Positions 20,217 through 29,319 of a DNA stretch of 64,000 nucleotides are shown here, piece by piece. This DNA comes from Escherichia coli (GTDB taxonomy: Bacteria > Pseudomonadota > Gammaproteobacteria > Enterobacterales > Enterobacteriaceae): the NCBI GenBank assembly GCA_002099625.1, contig GCA_002099625.1_4857.1, one strand, 5' to 3'. Positions within the stretch are counted from its first letter, which is position 1. Each line of letters starts with the position of its first letter. Under the pieces are notes generated by a model that ran no database searches, was not told the origin of the DNA, and saw only the letters and a list, made by a program, of their open reading frames with translations. A program made the position numbers and the translations under genes.

Positions 20217-20363
20217 TTAACTTTTGTTTAGTAGTATTTCACCTCCTAAACCCTTGATACGACGAACAGTGTTCTGCTTGGGCGCAGTCAACTGTTGTAC
20301 ACGTTGGTTGAATTGGGTTTGCTTAACGTAATAGTTAAGTATTTGCGAACGTAGTTGTTCCAT
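20217..20363 (-). CDS. small Gln-rich protein (48 aa), paralogue 1 of a tandem pair
   Basis: ATG at 20363 with AAGGAGG RBS; MEQLRSQILNYYVKQTQFNQRVQQLTAPKQNTVRRIKGLGGEILLNKS; followed by hairpin CCCGAGTG-ttccag-CACTCGGG (20179-20200). Track ORF is a longer upstream extension. Confidence 0.4.
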   Translation of the reverse strand: MEQLRSQILNYYVKQTQFNQRVQQLTAPKQNTVRRIKGLGGEILLNKS

Positions 20364-20476
20364 GTAGTGCCTCCTTAGGCAGGTTGTTAATATATCGCTG
20401 CGCTGTGGTGGTACACAATGCACCGATATACTGTCACGGGAGTTAAAAGGGGTGCTCGAACACCCCTGGTTAGTGT

Positions 20477-20632
20477 TACTTCTTATTGAAGATGATGTCA
20501 CCTCCTAGTCCTTTAATGGTACGGGTGGAAGTCTGCGTTGGGCGGCTAACCTCTTGCAGACGTTGTTGAAAAGCGACTTGTTTCAGCTGTTGCTGACGCA
20601 GTTGTTGCATAAAGGTATTCATGTTAACCTCT
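20477..20632 (-). CDS. small Gln-rich protein (51 aa), paralogue 2 of a tandem pair
   Basis: ATG at 20632 with GAGG RBS; MNTFMQQLRQQQLKQVAFQQRLQEVSRPTQTSTRTIKGLGGDIIFNKK; shares the C-terminal motif R-x-IKGLGG(D/E)I with paralogue 1; followed by hairpin AGGGGTG-ctcgaa-CACCCCT (20448-20467). Confidence 0.4.
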
Positions 20633-20648
20633 AAGTGGATGTGAATAA

Positions 20649-20688
20649 GCTCTCTCCTTCGGGAGAGAGCGCCTTTTATTTTCTTTTC
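20649..20688 (+). terminator. plus-strand-oriented hairpin plus T-tract with no plus-strand gene upstream
   Basis: GCTCTCTCC-ttcg-GGAGAGAGC (20649-20670) followed by GCCTTTTATTTTCTTTTCGG on the plus strand; sits back-to-back with the minus terminator at 20691-20729. Confidence 0.4.
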
Positions 20689-20690
20689 GG

Positions 20691-20729
20691 AAAATAAATA
20701 TAAAACCCTCTTACCCGAAGGTAAGAGGG
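20691..20729 (-). terminator. intrinsic terminator downstream of 20736..21596
   Basis: Hairpin CCCTCTTAC-ccgaag-GTAAGAGGG (20706-20729) followed on the minus strand by TTTTATATTTATTTT. Confidence 0.6.
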
Positions 20730-20735
20730 GTACTA

Positions 20736-21596
20736 CTACGGTTTATAATCAACTTCGTTGATCTTGCCGCAAGCCGGACAAGCAATGTTCATTGTCTGCG
20801 AAGTATAGCGATGGGTTCTCGGTACTGTAGCGACATGGTTGCGGTTACAGCCGGAACACGTCCAGCCAACCACTGGTGCCTTCGATTGTTTCTGGGCAGG
20901 TGTGTCTTCTTTTAACAATGCGACTACCGCGTGAAATTTACGAAGCTCTGCGTTAACATGCGCTTCCCAGTCGGCGTCCAAACGCGCCGTGAACCAACGT
21001 TGAATCTTCTGGCCAAGTCCGTCTTGATTTTCTTCTTCATGGGACATCACAAACTTGAGATTTGCACGACCCCATTGCACGACGTTCTCTACTTTAATCC
21101 CGTCTACGGTGTCGCTGATTGGCGTATAGTTAAAAGTTGGATAGGTGAGATAACAAGCTTCAGCTGTTGCAAAGACAGTATTGCCTTCAAACAGTGCCAT
21201 GGCCTCATCGCCCTTAGCATCCTTCTGTGCGGCTTCCAATCGTGGGCAATGGAAACCTTCAAGTTGCTGGATTTTGGTCGTTAGCACATTGATACCCTGT
21301 AGCACGGCAATGCGCTTTTTGCTGTCTGTGATCGTCGCCATTACCTTGCACAACGCGCGCGAGATAGCGCTATACATTGACGTTTTGCGGTTTTCATCGA
21401 GGAAACGCTCTTGCTGCTCCAGGTCGTAAGAAGACAGGCCGTAGCTCTGCCCTTCGACCAACACGACATAAGTACGACGTTTGTCGCGGTCCAGCTGGAC
21501 AATGGCCGCATCGGTTAACGGATCGCTAGCCAATACTTCGTGGTTGGGAGGTAGGGGGAAATCCGAACTTTTGATAAAATCAGTAATGCTGTACAT
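20736..21596 (-). CDS. hypothetical protein with C-terminal zinc-ribbon (four Cys)
   Basis: 286-aa ORF; C-terminus CSGCNRNH...CPACGKINEV is a C-x2-C...C-x2-C pattern; AAGGA RBS. Confidence 0.55.
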   Translation of the reverse strand: MYSITDFIKSSDFPLPPNHEVLASDPLTDAAIVQLDRDKRRTYVVLVEGQSYGLSSYDLEQQERFLDENRKTSMYSAISRALCKVMATITDSKKRIAVLQGINVLTTKIQQLEGFHCPRLEAAQKDAKGDEAMALFEGNTVFATAEACYLTYPTFNYTPISDTVDGIKVENVVQWGRANLKFVMSHEEENQDGLGQKIQRWFTARLDADWEAHVNAELRKFHAVVALLKEDTPAQKQSKAPVVGWTCSGCNRNHVATVPRTHRYTSQTMNIACPACGKINEVDYKP

Positions 21597-21599
21597 TTT

Positions 21600-22022
21600 T
21601 TAGTCCTTAAGAGAGTTAATAAAGTCATCTAAACTAATATCACGGAATGGGAAGTAAACACCTTCAAGCGGAATCGTGTAGTGTTCACTAATGGCACGTT
21701 GCCAATCCAGAACAGTTGCAGGGTAGTTCACAACCTCAAAGTTAGGATGCGTGATTGGCGGAATTGCGTTGTAAACATAGCCGTTAATATTTTTCGATGG
21801 GAACGCTGCACGGAACTTCGGCTCCATGTAGAACATTTCTTCTTTTACTTCCTGGCCTTCCCAGAAACGATAGCCACCCTTACCGTCAGGAATATAAATC
21901 GCCTTGTCACGGGGTATAGGGGAATCCTTGGATAGCGGAACAAATCGCCCGTACTGGTCAAGAACCATCCAGTCAGTGTCATTCTTTAAATACTTTTGGA
22001 GCTTCTCATTAATCATTTTCAT
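21600..22022 (-). CDS. hypothetical protein
   Basis: Track ORF extends to 22097 across a terminator hairpin; the ATG at 22022 (MKMINEKLQKY...) with AAGGA RBS is the likelier start. Confidence 0.45.
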   Translation of the reverse strand: MKMINEKLQKYLKNDTDWMVLDQYGRFVPLSKDSPIPRDKAIYIPDGKGGYRFWEGQEVKEEMFYMEPKFRAAFPSKNINGYVYNAIPPITHPNFEVVNYPATVLDWQRAISEHYTIPLEGVYFPFRDISLDDFINSLKD

Positions 22023-22033
22023 GTTCCTTAGGC

Positions 22034-22061
22034 AAAAAATAATACCACCCGTAGGTGGTAT
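22034..22061 (-). terminator. intrinsic terminator downstream of 22075..22263
   Basis: Hairpin TACCACC-cgta-GGTGGTA (22043-22060) followed on the minus strand by TATTATTTTTTGCC. Confidence 0.5.
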
Positions 22062-22074
22062 TAAATTATCTATA

Positions 22075-22263
22075 CTACTTCTTCCCGAGTTCCCCACGGA
22101 ACTTCGCCAGCTCTTCTTTCCAGTCCGGCTTCGGTAGTGCGCTTTTCGGCCCCACGATAAACGTACGTTCTGAGGTTTGCGGATTCACCTCTACTGTTTC
22201 GTTATCTTCCACTTCGCGAAGCACGATTCCGTTTTTACCATCGTAATTAACTAAAACGCCCAT
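22075..22263 (-). CDS. hypothetical small protein (62 aa)
   Basis: ORF in a chain of TAATG-overlapping small genes. Confidence 0.35.
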   Translation of the reverse strand: MGVLVNYDGKNGIVLREVEDNETVEVNPQTSERTFIVGPKSALPKPDWKEELAKFRGELGKK

Positions 22264-22445
22264 TAGTAAATCTCCTGCTGCATTGGAAACACATTACCTG
22301 TCGGTGAGACGAGTAAGACTTGCGCGGTAACGTGAACAATTTCTTCTTCGTCCTGATGACGAACACCGTTAGTGAGATTATCCCACTCACGTTTAACACG
22401 AGGGTGAGATAAGAACTCGGCAAACTGCGTATCAGAAAAGTCCAT
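22263..22445 (-). CDS. hypothetical small acidic protein (60 aa)
   Basis: ATG at 22445 shares a TAATG overlap with the stop of the upstream mini-gene; MDFSDTQFAEFLSHPRVKREWDN... Confidence 0.35.
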   Translation of the reverse strand: MDFSDTQFAEFLSHPRVKREWDNLTNGVRHQDEEEIVHVTAQVLLVSPTGNVFPMQQEIY

Positions 22446-22588
22446 TAGCCGCGACCTGTGCACATGGCAACAGAGTTACCGTTATCGATGCATTTGTTGT
22501 AATCTTGAGTTACAGTGATAGACAGTACCGCGAAAGCAACAACAGCAACGATTGCGAAGATGGCACGTTTATGGTTACGAGTTAACAT
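22445..22588 (-). CDS. small single-pass membrane protein (47 aa), below the ORF-track size cutoff
   Basis: ATG at 22588 with AGGAG 8 nt upstream; MLTRNHKRAIFAIVAVVAFAVLSITVTQDYNKCIDNGNSVAMCTGRG; first gene after the 24-bp promoter motif. Confidence 0.4.
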   Translation of the reverse strand: MLTRNHKRAIFAIVAVVAFAVLSITVTQDYNKCIDNGNSVAMCTGRG

Positions 22589-22640
22589 GGTAATACTCCT
22601 TTAGCTTAATAGTCGATTGAGTTGATAGATTGTCTTCTAT

Positions 22641-22664
22641 CACCTAGGTAATATATATCTGAAA
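22641..22664 (-). promoter_or_regulatory. conserved element CACCTAGGTAATATATATCTGAAA (copy 1 of 2), putative phage promoter
   Basis: 24/24 identity with 31146-31169 and similar over ~40 bp; about 50 nt upstream of the ATG at 22588; minus-strand reading contains TATATATTAC. Confidence 0.5.
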
Positions 22665-22695
22665 TTATTTTTATTCAGAGTACACCCTCTATAAC

Positions 22696-22725
22696 GCTCT
22701 CAAACGCGTTTTGAGAGCTTTTATC
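22696..22725 (+). terminator. perfect 9-bp-stem hairpin with downstream TTTT on the plus strand, in an intergenic regulatory island
   Basis: GCTCTCAAA-cgcgt-TTTGAGAGC (22696-22718) followed by TTTTATCAC; no plus-strand gene upstream, so it may be an RNA structure or a binding-site palindrome rather than a terminator. Confidence 0.35.
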
Positions 22726-22727
22726 AC

Positions 22728-22786
22728 TTTAGAGGGTCGTTCTACCGTTAGAGTGGCTTTAGAAGGTTGTGTGTGCGTTTAGAGGG
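22728..22786. repeat. four imperfect direct repeats of TTAGAG(G/T)G-like units
   Basis: TTTAGAGGG (22728-22736), GTTAGAGTGG (22747-22756), TTTAGAAGG (22758-22766), TTTAGAGGG (22778-22786), spaced 11-20 bp. Confidence 0.45.
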
Positions 22787-22823
22787 CTAAAATAAAGAGA
22801 CCTGGTCTCACAAGGAGACCAGG
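22786..22823 (-). terminator. intrinsic terminator downstream of 22831..23628
   Basis: Hairpin CCTGGTCTC-acaag-GAGACCAGG (22801-22823) followed on the minus strand by TCTCTTTATTTTAGC. Confidence 0.6.
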
Positions 22824-22830
22824 CACACTT

Positions 22831-23628
22831 TTACATCAAATCCAGGCTCTGAGAGACCGCAACTTCCGGTTCACTGATGCCGCTGGTCACTGACAATGTA
22901 AAGCGACGATCGTTAATCACTTCAACTGCCTCGCTCGCACGCAGTGAATACTTATCGGCGATTGGCAGTACACTGTTATCGTTCTGTGGCGGCAGAATCT
23001 GTGCCGGGAACGGAATGTACGAGTTGAAAGTGATATACGGACCGACTTGCATCATCGGGAACACTTCGTTCACGTTATTCGACATCCCTTCATCCGAAGA
23101 GATAACGGAGTGACGCAGACAGGCACGCAAGCCAACGGTGTACTCCGGATCGCGCGATTCGCCGATCAGTGCGAAACGGAACACGTTGAAATCGTAGTCG
23201 TCTGCAGCGAAGTGTTCTGGCAGGATACGCTGTACGTATTCAGGGTAAGTGGTCACGTCACCCGGAATAACATTCACGGCGAGTTTCTGTGCCAGGAAAT
23301 ACGCATTCGCGAAACCGTACTGCCCCGCCAGCGCAGCTGATATCGGTGCAGTGGTTACGCAGTGCAGGAACAAGTGATAACCCAGCCCGCCTTTATCTTC
23401 GATTGCCAGGTCCTTCTTACTCTGCACACCGTCAGCAGTATAAATAACTGCCACTGTTTTATCCAACGTTGATGCCATGACAAAATCCAACTGCACCTCA
23501 CCGCTTTGCGGCAGTACCTTAACCAGGCGATCCCAGAGCTTGGTCGGTTTGGTGAAGTTAGCGGCTTCGTACGCATCAATGTCGAGAACAGTTTGGCCGG
23601 TCATGCGAAAGGTGTGAATCGCTTTCAT
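22831..23628 (-). CDS. hypothetical protein
   Basis: 265-aa ORF on coding strand. Confidence 0.55.
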   Translation of the reverse strand: MKAIHTFRMTGQTVLDIDAYEAANFTKPTKLWDRLVKVLPQSGEVQLDFVMASTLDKTVAVIYTADGVQSKKDLAIEDKGGLGYHLFLHCVTTAPISAALAGQYGFANAYFLAQKLAVNVIPGDVTTYPEYVQRILPEHFAADDYDFNVFRFALIGESRDPEYTVGLRACLRHSVISSDEGMSNNVNEVFPMMQVGPYITFNSYIPFPAQILPPQNDNSVLPIADKYSLRASEAVEVINDRRFTLSVTSGISEPEVAVSQSLDLM

Positions 23629-23671
23629 TGCAATATTTTCCTTAAGGTTACTTACGGGTCATACTAGATGA

Positions 23672-24985
23672 CTAAGCTGTAAATTTTTCATCTTTGAGCC
23701 AAAGACTCAGTTGTGATTGGGTGTTATAGCGTCCTGATGCCATCGTTTGACCGTCGACAGCAGACTGGAACACTTCACCCACCAACGTGCCGTAGCGGGT
23801 ATAGACCCCATACTCGTTGGCAAAAACGTATTTTACTGGCATACCGGGATATAGGATGCCGTGCGTTGATCGGTTCCAGGTTGTTTGCACAATCGTACCC
23901 AGACCCATCTCCAGTTTAGACCGCTGTGGTTTATCGGTATCGCTAAAGTGCTTATCAGGATCGATTGGTGCGTTAACCACACCACCTGGATACGCAGCAG
24001 GGTCGGCCTGTGCCACAAATTTATCAGGTGTGGTCATACTGATGTCGCCAGGCGTAAATGAACTACTACGCCCATCCAACACACGTACAGACCCTACCCG
24101 GTAACCCGTACCCTGGTTAAGCGCGGCCTGGTCACGGTATTCCAAACTACTGGTGTCGCCGCCACAAATCAGATAGATAACATTACCCGCGATATCGGTG
24201 GTGCGGTCAATGTGAGCAGCCTGTTCACGAGGCAAGTTATAAATGACCAGTTTAGGCTTCGTTGTGTTATTAAACTTCAACGAGTCCCAAGGTCGATACA
24301 GATACCATCGTTGTAGGTATTGGAAGACCCCAATACCTTTGCTGTAAACACCGTAATGGTTCTGCAGATAATCAAACACGCTTAAGAAGTCTTCGGAGTC
24401 TGGTATAACGATGTCCCGATATGCCTGCTGTTCTTCTTCATCGTATTCAATCCCTTTCAACTGCCCCTCTGCAGCCACCCCTTCCGGCAACGTATCCGCC
24501 AATATCGAGCGAGCCACTGTTAACCCATCTGTTTCGTGGTAGATGCCGCCCACTTGACGATTACGCAGGAACCACATCGACTCATCCATCAGCTCCAATG
24601 TTACCAATGCGATAGATTTCTCATCAGACTGACTCAAGAACATCGTCGGTGATTCCGCGTTGTGGTCGCGGTTATTTATCACGATGCCGCGGTAGTTAAA
24701 GACCCCTGCGATTTTCTGTCCACGACGCAGTAACAGCTTTACCTTCAAATCCCCTTCTGCGGACGATGTGATCATTCGCATGTGGCTGTAGGGGATAGCC
24801 AAGGTGAGATGTGTCAATAAACAGATATCACGCGTAAAGTGACCGGTGTGAATGATAGACAGCATCTTCAACACCGTCACTGGGGCACCGTGCACCGTGA
24901 GGAATATCCCGTAGTCGATAGCCGGTAACCCCCGAGCATTAGCGATGTGACCGTTCGCCATCTGTTGTAACCGACCAAACGACAT
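23672..24985 (-). CDS. hypothetical protein (437 aa)
   Basis: Long ORF on coding strand; no motif recognised. Confidence 0.55.
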   Translation of the reverse strand: MSFGRLQQMANGHIANARGLPAIDYGIFLTVHGAPVTVLKMLSIIHTGHFTRDICLLTHLTLAIPYSHMRMITSSAEGDLKVKLLLRRGQKIAGVFNYRGIVINNRDHNAESPTMFLSQSDEKSIALVTLELMDESMWFLRNRQVGGIYHETDGLTVARSILADTLPEGVAAEGQLKGIEYDEEEQQAYRDIVIPDSEDFLSVFDYLQNHYGVYSKGIGVFQYLQRWYLYRPWDSLKFNNTTKPKLVIYNLPREQAAHIDRTTDIAGNVIYLICGGDTSSLEYRDQAALNQGTGYRVGSVRVLDGRSSSFTPGDISMTTPDKFVAQADPAAYPGGVVNAPIDPDKHFSDTDKPQRSKLEMGLGTIVQTTWNRSTHGILYPGMPVKYVFANEYGVYTRYGTLVGEVFQSAVDGQTMASGRYNTQSQLSLWLKDEKFTA

Positions 24986-25524
24986 TAGCGACCTCCTCGG
25001 GCTCTATAAGCGTACTCAATACGTTTCATAATCGTATCATTAAAACGGTGGAGTTTAGACTCCAGGCGGACCTGTCCAAATAACGACTGAACACAGTCCG
25101 CCATCGTTGCGGTGGGTTTCTTGAAATACCCGTAGCGGTTAGCCACAGGAAACAGTTTCGAAGCCAGCACATTGAACTGACGCAACCCTTCGATAGGGAC
25201 TTCCCGGTAAATCAGCGTCGGGTTCTCCAGATAGTTCAGCCAGTCCGCAAGGTGTTCCATAATCCACCCGTACACTTTAATCCCGTCATGCGGGTCGTGT
25301 ACATCCAACGCACCACCTGTCGCTAAATACTCGGCAGCTTCTGAGGGGTGCAGATAGATAGGCTTCATGTTCAGTAACAACGCTTGTCGTTTCTTCGGGT
25401 CTTCTGGCAAGAACAATCCGTGTTCCTGACTGGCGTAGGTTGTGATGGTTGCGTATTCCGGTACCCGGAAGAACACCCACGCTTTAAACAGCATAAATGC
25501 TGCACTGCGCTTCTTCTCCGACAT
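24985..25524 (-). CDS. hypothetical protein
   Basis: 179-aa ORF, overlap-coupled to neighbours. Confidence 0.5.
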   Translation of the reverse strand: MSEKKRSAAFMLFKAWVFFRVPEYATITTYASQEHGLFLPEDPKKRQALLLNMKPIYLHPSEAAEYLATGGALDVHDPHDGIKVYGWIMEHLADWLNYLENPTLIYREVPIEGLRQFNVLASKLFPVANRYGYFKKPTATMADCVQSLFGQVRLESKLHRFNDTIMKRIEYAYRARGGR

Positions 25525-25526
25525 TA

Positions 25527-26882
25527 CTACCTCGCGTATTTCAAAATCACGTAGACCATCGGGACGTAATAGAACTGACTGTCCTTCGGTAAAGCCAGCA
25601 CCAATTCTGCTAAACGCGCAGCCACTTCACTAGGTACTGGTTGTTTGTTCAGATACAGGTACAAACAATGCTCCAGAACCGAGCTATACGAGCCGCTATA
25701 GAACGTTTCGCTTAACAGGTAGGGTTTATACGTCAACGGCAGAAAAGCCACCATATCCTCGCCTGCGTTGCCCTGATACTCAGGGAACATAACCGGTTCG
25801 AATGCTTCGAACTCTGGCCACTCCCCATCGTACGTTGCCAACTGACGAATCTGTGATGTAAAGTAACGCGTTGAACTGAACTGTGACCATGCGATGGTGT
25901 TGCGGGTCTGCATCGTTCTGAACGTGCGCGGGTTAACTGCGCTGCATTCTTTCTCGACGTAAGGTAGCAGTTCTGGCTGTTGATTTAACAACACCGTGAA
26001 CAGCGTTTCGATATCTTGCACGGGTTTCGGCGGGTGCGGGTAAATACGGATATCTTTACCAACGGTTCGAAGACCGATACCCTTCACAAACATCGCCAAG
26101 AAGACGTCGTAGTAGCCGCCTGCCTTTAACCCGTCGAGTTTCCAGTCGCGTGGATAAGCAAGGGTTTCTAAACTGGTATCGTAGAAGCGACGGACAAACG
26201 TCGTCTCAATGTCCTTAATGCGGTCTCCCAGCTCCAGGAACGTACGATATTCGTTGGGGGTCAGTAAGGTATCACCACCGGTCCACGCACGCTCACGGAC
26301 GTAATGGAGCGTTCTGACGGTACACAGACGAATCGTCTCTGCAATCTGCGGCGTAATCTCGTACAACATCGTGTAACGTATTTGATACGTTGCAATTTTG
26401 TTGTTCGACATTCGGGTAACGGTAGTGATGTTAAACAGTCCGTGTCGATGATCACCTATTGGGGCAACGAAGAAGTCTCCTTCATTCGGTGTAATCGATG
26501 CTACCAAGGTCGACGTCCCGGTCAGTTCGAAAGTCTTACGTTGTTCGTCCTGCGTACGGTCGAGCGGTGCGTTAACACGTAATGACAGATTAACAATCTT
26601 AAGCAGCTGTTGCGTAGGGCTGTCATTCTGAGTATCGAACATCGTCTTCGGATCGTTACGACCCGACAACGCGTGATAAAAATCAACCGGCCATTCAGAA
26701 CCTTCGTTGTATTGCAGGAGATACTGTTTCGGAATCCTGTCGAAGTCCGTTACCGTGGTGCGGGTTGGAATCGTTACCAAGTTGCTGGCTTCTTTCACCC
26801 CGTCCTGCGGTTTATTGATAATCGGAATTTCAGGTTCAACAGGAACGAATTTAGTATCACCCCTCTTGTTCGCCTTGAGCAT
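25527..26882 (-). CDS. hypothetical protein (451 aa)
   Basis: Long ORF on coding strand. Confidence 0.55.
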   Translation of the reverse strand: MLKANKRGDTKFVPVEPEIPIINKPQDGVKEASNLVTIPTRTTVTDFDRIPKQYLLQYNEGSEWPVDFYHALSGRNDPKTMFDTQNDSPTQQLLKIVNLSLRVNAPLDRTQDEQRKTFELTGTSTLVASITPNEGDFFVAPIGDHRHGLFNITTVTRMSNNKIATYQIRYTMLYEITPQIAETIRLCTVRTLHYVRERAWTGGDTLLTPNEYRTFLELGDRIKDIETTFVRRFYDTSLETLAYPRDWKLDGLKAGGYYDVFLAMFVKGIGLRTVGKDIRIYPHPPKPVQDIETLFTVLLNQQPELLPYVEKECSAVNPRTFRTMQTRNTIAWSQFSSTRYFTSQIRQLATYDGEWPEFEAFEPVMFPEYQGNAGEDMVAFLPLTYKPYLLSETFYSGSYSSVLEHCLYLYLNKQPVPSEVAARLAELVLALPKDSQFYYVPMVYVILKYAR

Positions 26883-28359
26883 TATCGGCTCCTCTGATGG
26901 CTATAATCGTGGTATTAAATTGCGTCAACAGGACACGGCGATAGAACTTCGTGATTTCATCAATCACACTTGGTGGTAACACAGGTTTATCCCACCACCA
27001 ATCCGGGCAATCCCAATCTGGGAATAACCACTCAATAAGCACTTTTGCCGCTTTTGGATAAAGATGCAGTGGCCATAAGTCCAGATTACGCCAGTCGTGT
27101 ATTGCCGACTCTGTTAAGTAGTACGCTTTCTCGACATGAACTTCACGGTTACGTAGCGAGAAGACACCGTTTTCCCAATGGTAGAAACGTGGTTCAATGA
27201 TTTGACCGTTCTCGAACAACTCCATACGGATAATGCCCGTCTGACCTGTCGGGTCTATCGTGCGGCAGTGTTCAATATAAGGAACCACCTCAGCGTTCCA
27301 AACATACGGCAGGTCGTCAATGCTACAAACTTCAGGATCGGTCATGTTTTCTTCACCGAATGCTACATCGGTGCCGAACACATGCAGAAGCTTTGCTTTT
27401 AGCGGCGAGTGTGTACGTTCAAACTGTTCTGTCGGTGACAGCAGATACGGTAGGCGTAAGAACTGGCGAGATTCATTAATCCACCAAGTACCGTCAAGGT
27501 TCTTTTGCTGTTGGTGACGTTGCACGCCCTCTTCATTACTCACAAACGGTGGGTCTATCTCAGGCCACCATTCATCAGGCAACGGTGTCTGGTTGATGAT
27601 GTACGGGTAGGTAATCACCACCTCTTCGGGTCGCTGATATGAGAAGCGTATAACGAAGCTGGTCTCGTAATGGTTTTCGTCGTTATCCCAGGTAGGAGAG
27701 ATAACATCGTAAACCGTCTCGATACGGGTTGGTGCGTAGCGTACCGCTAAGACATTCTGACCACCGGCGACATTACCTGTGGTGAAAACGTCTGGTGTGA
27801 AGTGCGCCTTTAGATAATCTTTAAAGTCGTCGTACTTCGGCACACGTGTCCCTGCGGCGATATAGCATTCGTTCAATAGCTTAAGCGCGGGCTTTGGAAT
27901 CAGGTAGTACGCTTCGGATTCCGTCATGGTCGAATAGCGACCCATGTCGATAAGTGAATCCAGGCGGTTCGCCCAACGTAACAATTCGTCGCGTGATGGG
28001 CCGACACGCCGGAGCGTGATGGTCACGTTATACATTACGCGGACAGGAGCAGCGCGTACTTGGTCTTCGGGATTATGGAAGAATGGAATCTCTGCCGCTA
28101 ACCCAACTTGACGGTTAATGCGTGCGCGTTCATCACGTTCTTCTTCCACTTCGACGTAGACACGGTTCGGTGCTGAATAGTCCACCGGTGTCTCATCGCC
28201 GAGCGTAGAGCCTGGCTGATGGGCGGTGTTGAAGCTATCCGTGAAAACAACACTGGCACGTTCAATACCAGATTCGTTTAGCACACGTTCTACGACGCCG
28301 TCGACCACAGCTTTGCGCATGGTCTTGTCCAACGACGGAATTTCAAAATACTGTTGCAT
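26857..28359 (-). CDS. hypothetical protein (500 aa)
   Basis: Long ORF on coding strand; Trp-rich N-terminal region. Confidence 0.55.
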   Translation of the reverse strand: MQQYFEIPSLDKTMRKAVVDGVVERVLNESGIERASVVFTDSFNTAHQPGSTLGDETPVDYSAPNRVYVEVEEERDERARINRQVGLAAEIPFFHNPEDQVRAAPVRVMYNVTITLRRVGPSRDELLRWANRLDSLIDMGRYSTMTESEAYYLIPKPALKLLNECYIAAGTRVPKYDDFKDYLKAHFTPDVFTTGNVAGGQNVLAVRYAPTRIETVYDVISPTWDNDENHYETSFVIRFSYQRPEEVVITYPYIINQTPLPDEWWPEIDPPFVSNEEGVQRHQQQKNLDGTWWINESRQFLRLPYLLSPTEQFERTHSPLKAKLLHVFGTDVAFGEENMTDPEVCSIDDLPYVWNAEVVPYIEHCRTIDPTGQTGIIRMELFENGQIIEPRFYHWENGVFSLRNREVHVEKAYYLTESAIHDWRNLDLWPLHLYPKAAKVLIEWLFPDWDCPDWWWDKPVLPPSVIDEITKFYRRVLLTQFNTTIIAIRGADNAQGEQEG

Positions 28360-28395
28360 TAGCTGTCCCTCGTTGTAGTCATATCACTGGCCTAA

Positions 28396-28430
28396 AACGC
28401 AAAAAAAAGAAAGGGAGCCGAAACTCCCTT
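28396..28430 (-). terminator. intrinsic terminator downstream of 28437..28766
   Basis: Hairpin AAGGGAG-ccgaaa-CTCCCTT (28411-28430) followed on the minus strand by TCTTTTTTTTGCGTTTT. Confidence 0.65.
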
Positions 28431-28436
28431 CGTGTT

Positions 28437-28766
28437 TTAGTGGGCCAGCCAAGCTAGCTGCCACTTCTTACATTTTATTCCGCTGTGTCCAACCGGATTG
28501 CGGATAATGTCCATCGTTTTCCCGACAACGAATTCAATCATCTTGTCTGATAGCATTTTACCCATCGCGATAGAGAGGGCCGTAACCTGATCAGGGTCAT
28601 CGATGTACGCATAGACCGGCTCATTACTGCCGAAGATAAGATAGAAGGAACCCTCGCAGGCCACGATTGAGGTCAGTGGCACGATGCACCCGGTATACAC
28701 TCTCGCCAGTTCAGCCGCTTTTGGGGTTACTTCCATTACGTAACCCTTAACAGATTTCTTTTCCAC
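28437..28766 (-). CDS. hypothetical protein
   Basis: 109-aa ORF immediately downstream of the DHFR gene. Confidence 0.5.
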   Translation of the reverse strand: MEKKSVKGYVMEVTPKAAELARVYTGCIVPLTSIVACEGSFYLIFGSNEPVYAYIDDPDQVTALSIAMGKMLSDKMIEFVVGKTMDIIRNPVGHSGIKCKKWQLAWLAH

Positions 28767-28767
28767 T

Positions 28768-29319
28768 TTAAACTCCAGCGATACGATTTAAAATTTGATA
28801 CGTCCAACGGTGCGTGTGTTTCTGGCCGTCGGGTAAATGGGTCATGGTGTAGTCGACTTGAAAAACATCTCTGTCGATTTCTGGGAAGAAAGCATCGGCA
28901 CCTTCAACAGCGATGTCAATACGCGATAGATAGATACGATCCACTCGAGCGAGGGTTTGATGATAAATTGATGCGCCACCAATAATCATCACCTCTTGCT
29001 CTTTCCCGGTATCTTTCTCAATACGTTCCAGAGCTTTGATAGCTAAGTCAATACTCGTGTGATACGTCACCAAACGCATGTCCGTGTGTTCTTCCCGGCC
29101 ACTAATATAAGCTTCTGGGTTACGAGTAACGATTAAGTTACCGCGGTTAGGCAAAGGACGACAACCTAACGATTCCCAGGTCTTACTACCCATGATAACG
29201 TTCTTCCCTGTGGTAATTGCCTTAAAGTTAGCCAGGTCGGCAGGCAGACGCCACGGCAGTTCATTGTTTTTACCGATGGCATTGTTGCGGTCCATCGCGA
29301 CGATAATAGAGAGTTTCAC
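28768..29319 (-). CDS. folA: dihydrofolate reductase
   Basis: 183 aa; IVAMDRNNAIGKNNELPWRLPADLANFK... and VIMGSKTWESLGCRPLPNRGNLIVTR... match the canonical DHFR N-terminal half (compare E. coli FolA [32 protein letters not shown]...[21 protein letters not shown]), plus MIIGGASIYHQTLARVDRIYLSRID. Confidence 0.85.
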   Translation of the reverse strand: MKLSIIVAMDRNNAIGKNNELPWRLPADLANFKAITTGKNVIMGSKTWESLGCRPLPNRGNLIVTRNPEAYISGREEHTDMRLVTYHTSIDLAIKALERIEKDTGKEQEVMIIGGASIYHQTLARVDRIYLSRIDIAVEGADAFFPEIDRDVFQVDYTMTHLPDGQKHTHRWTYQILNRIAGV

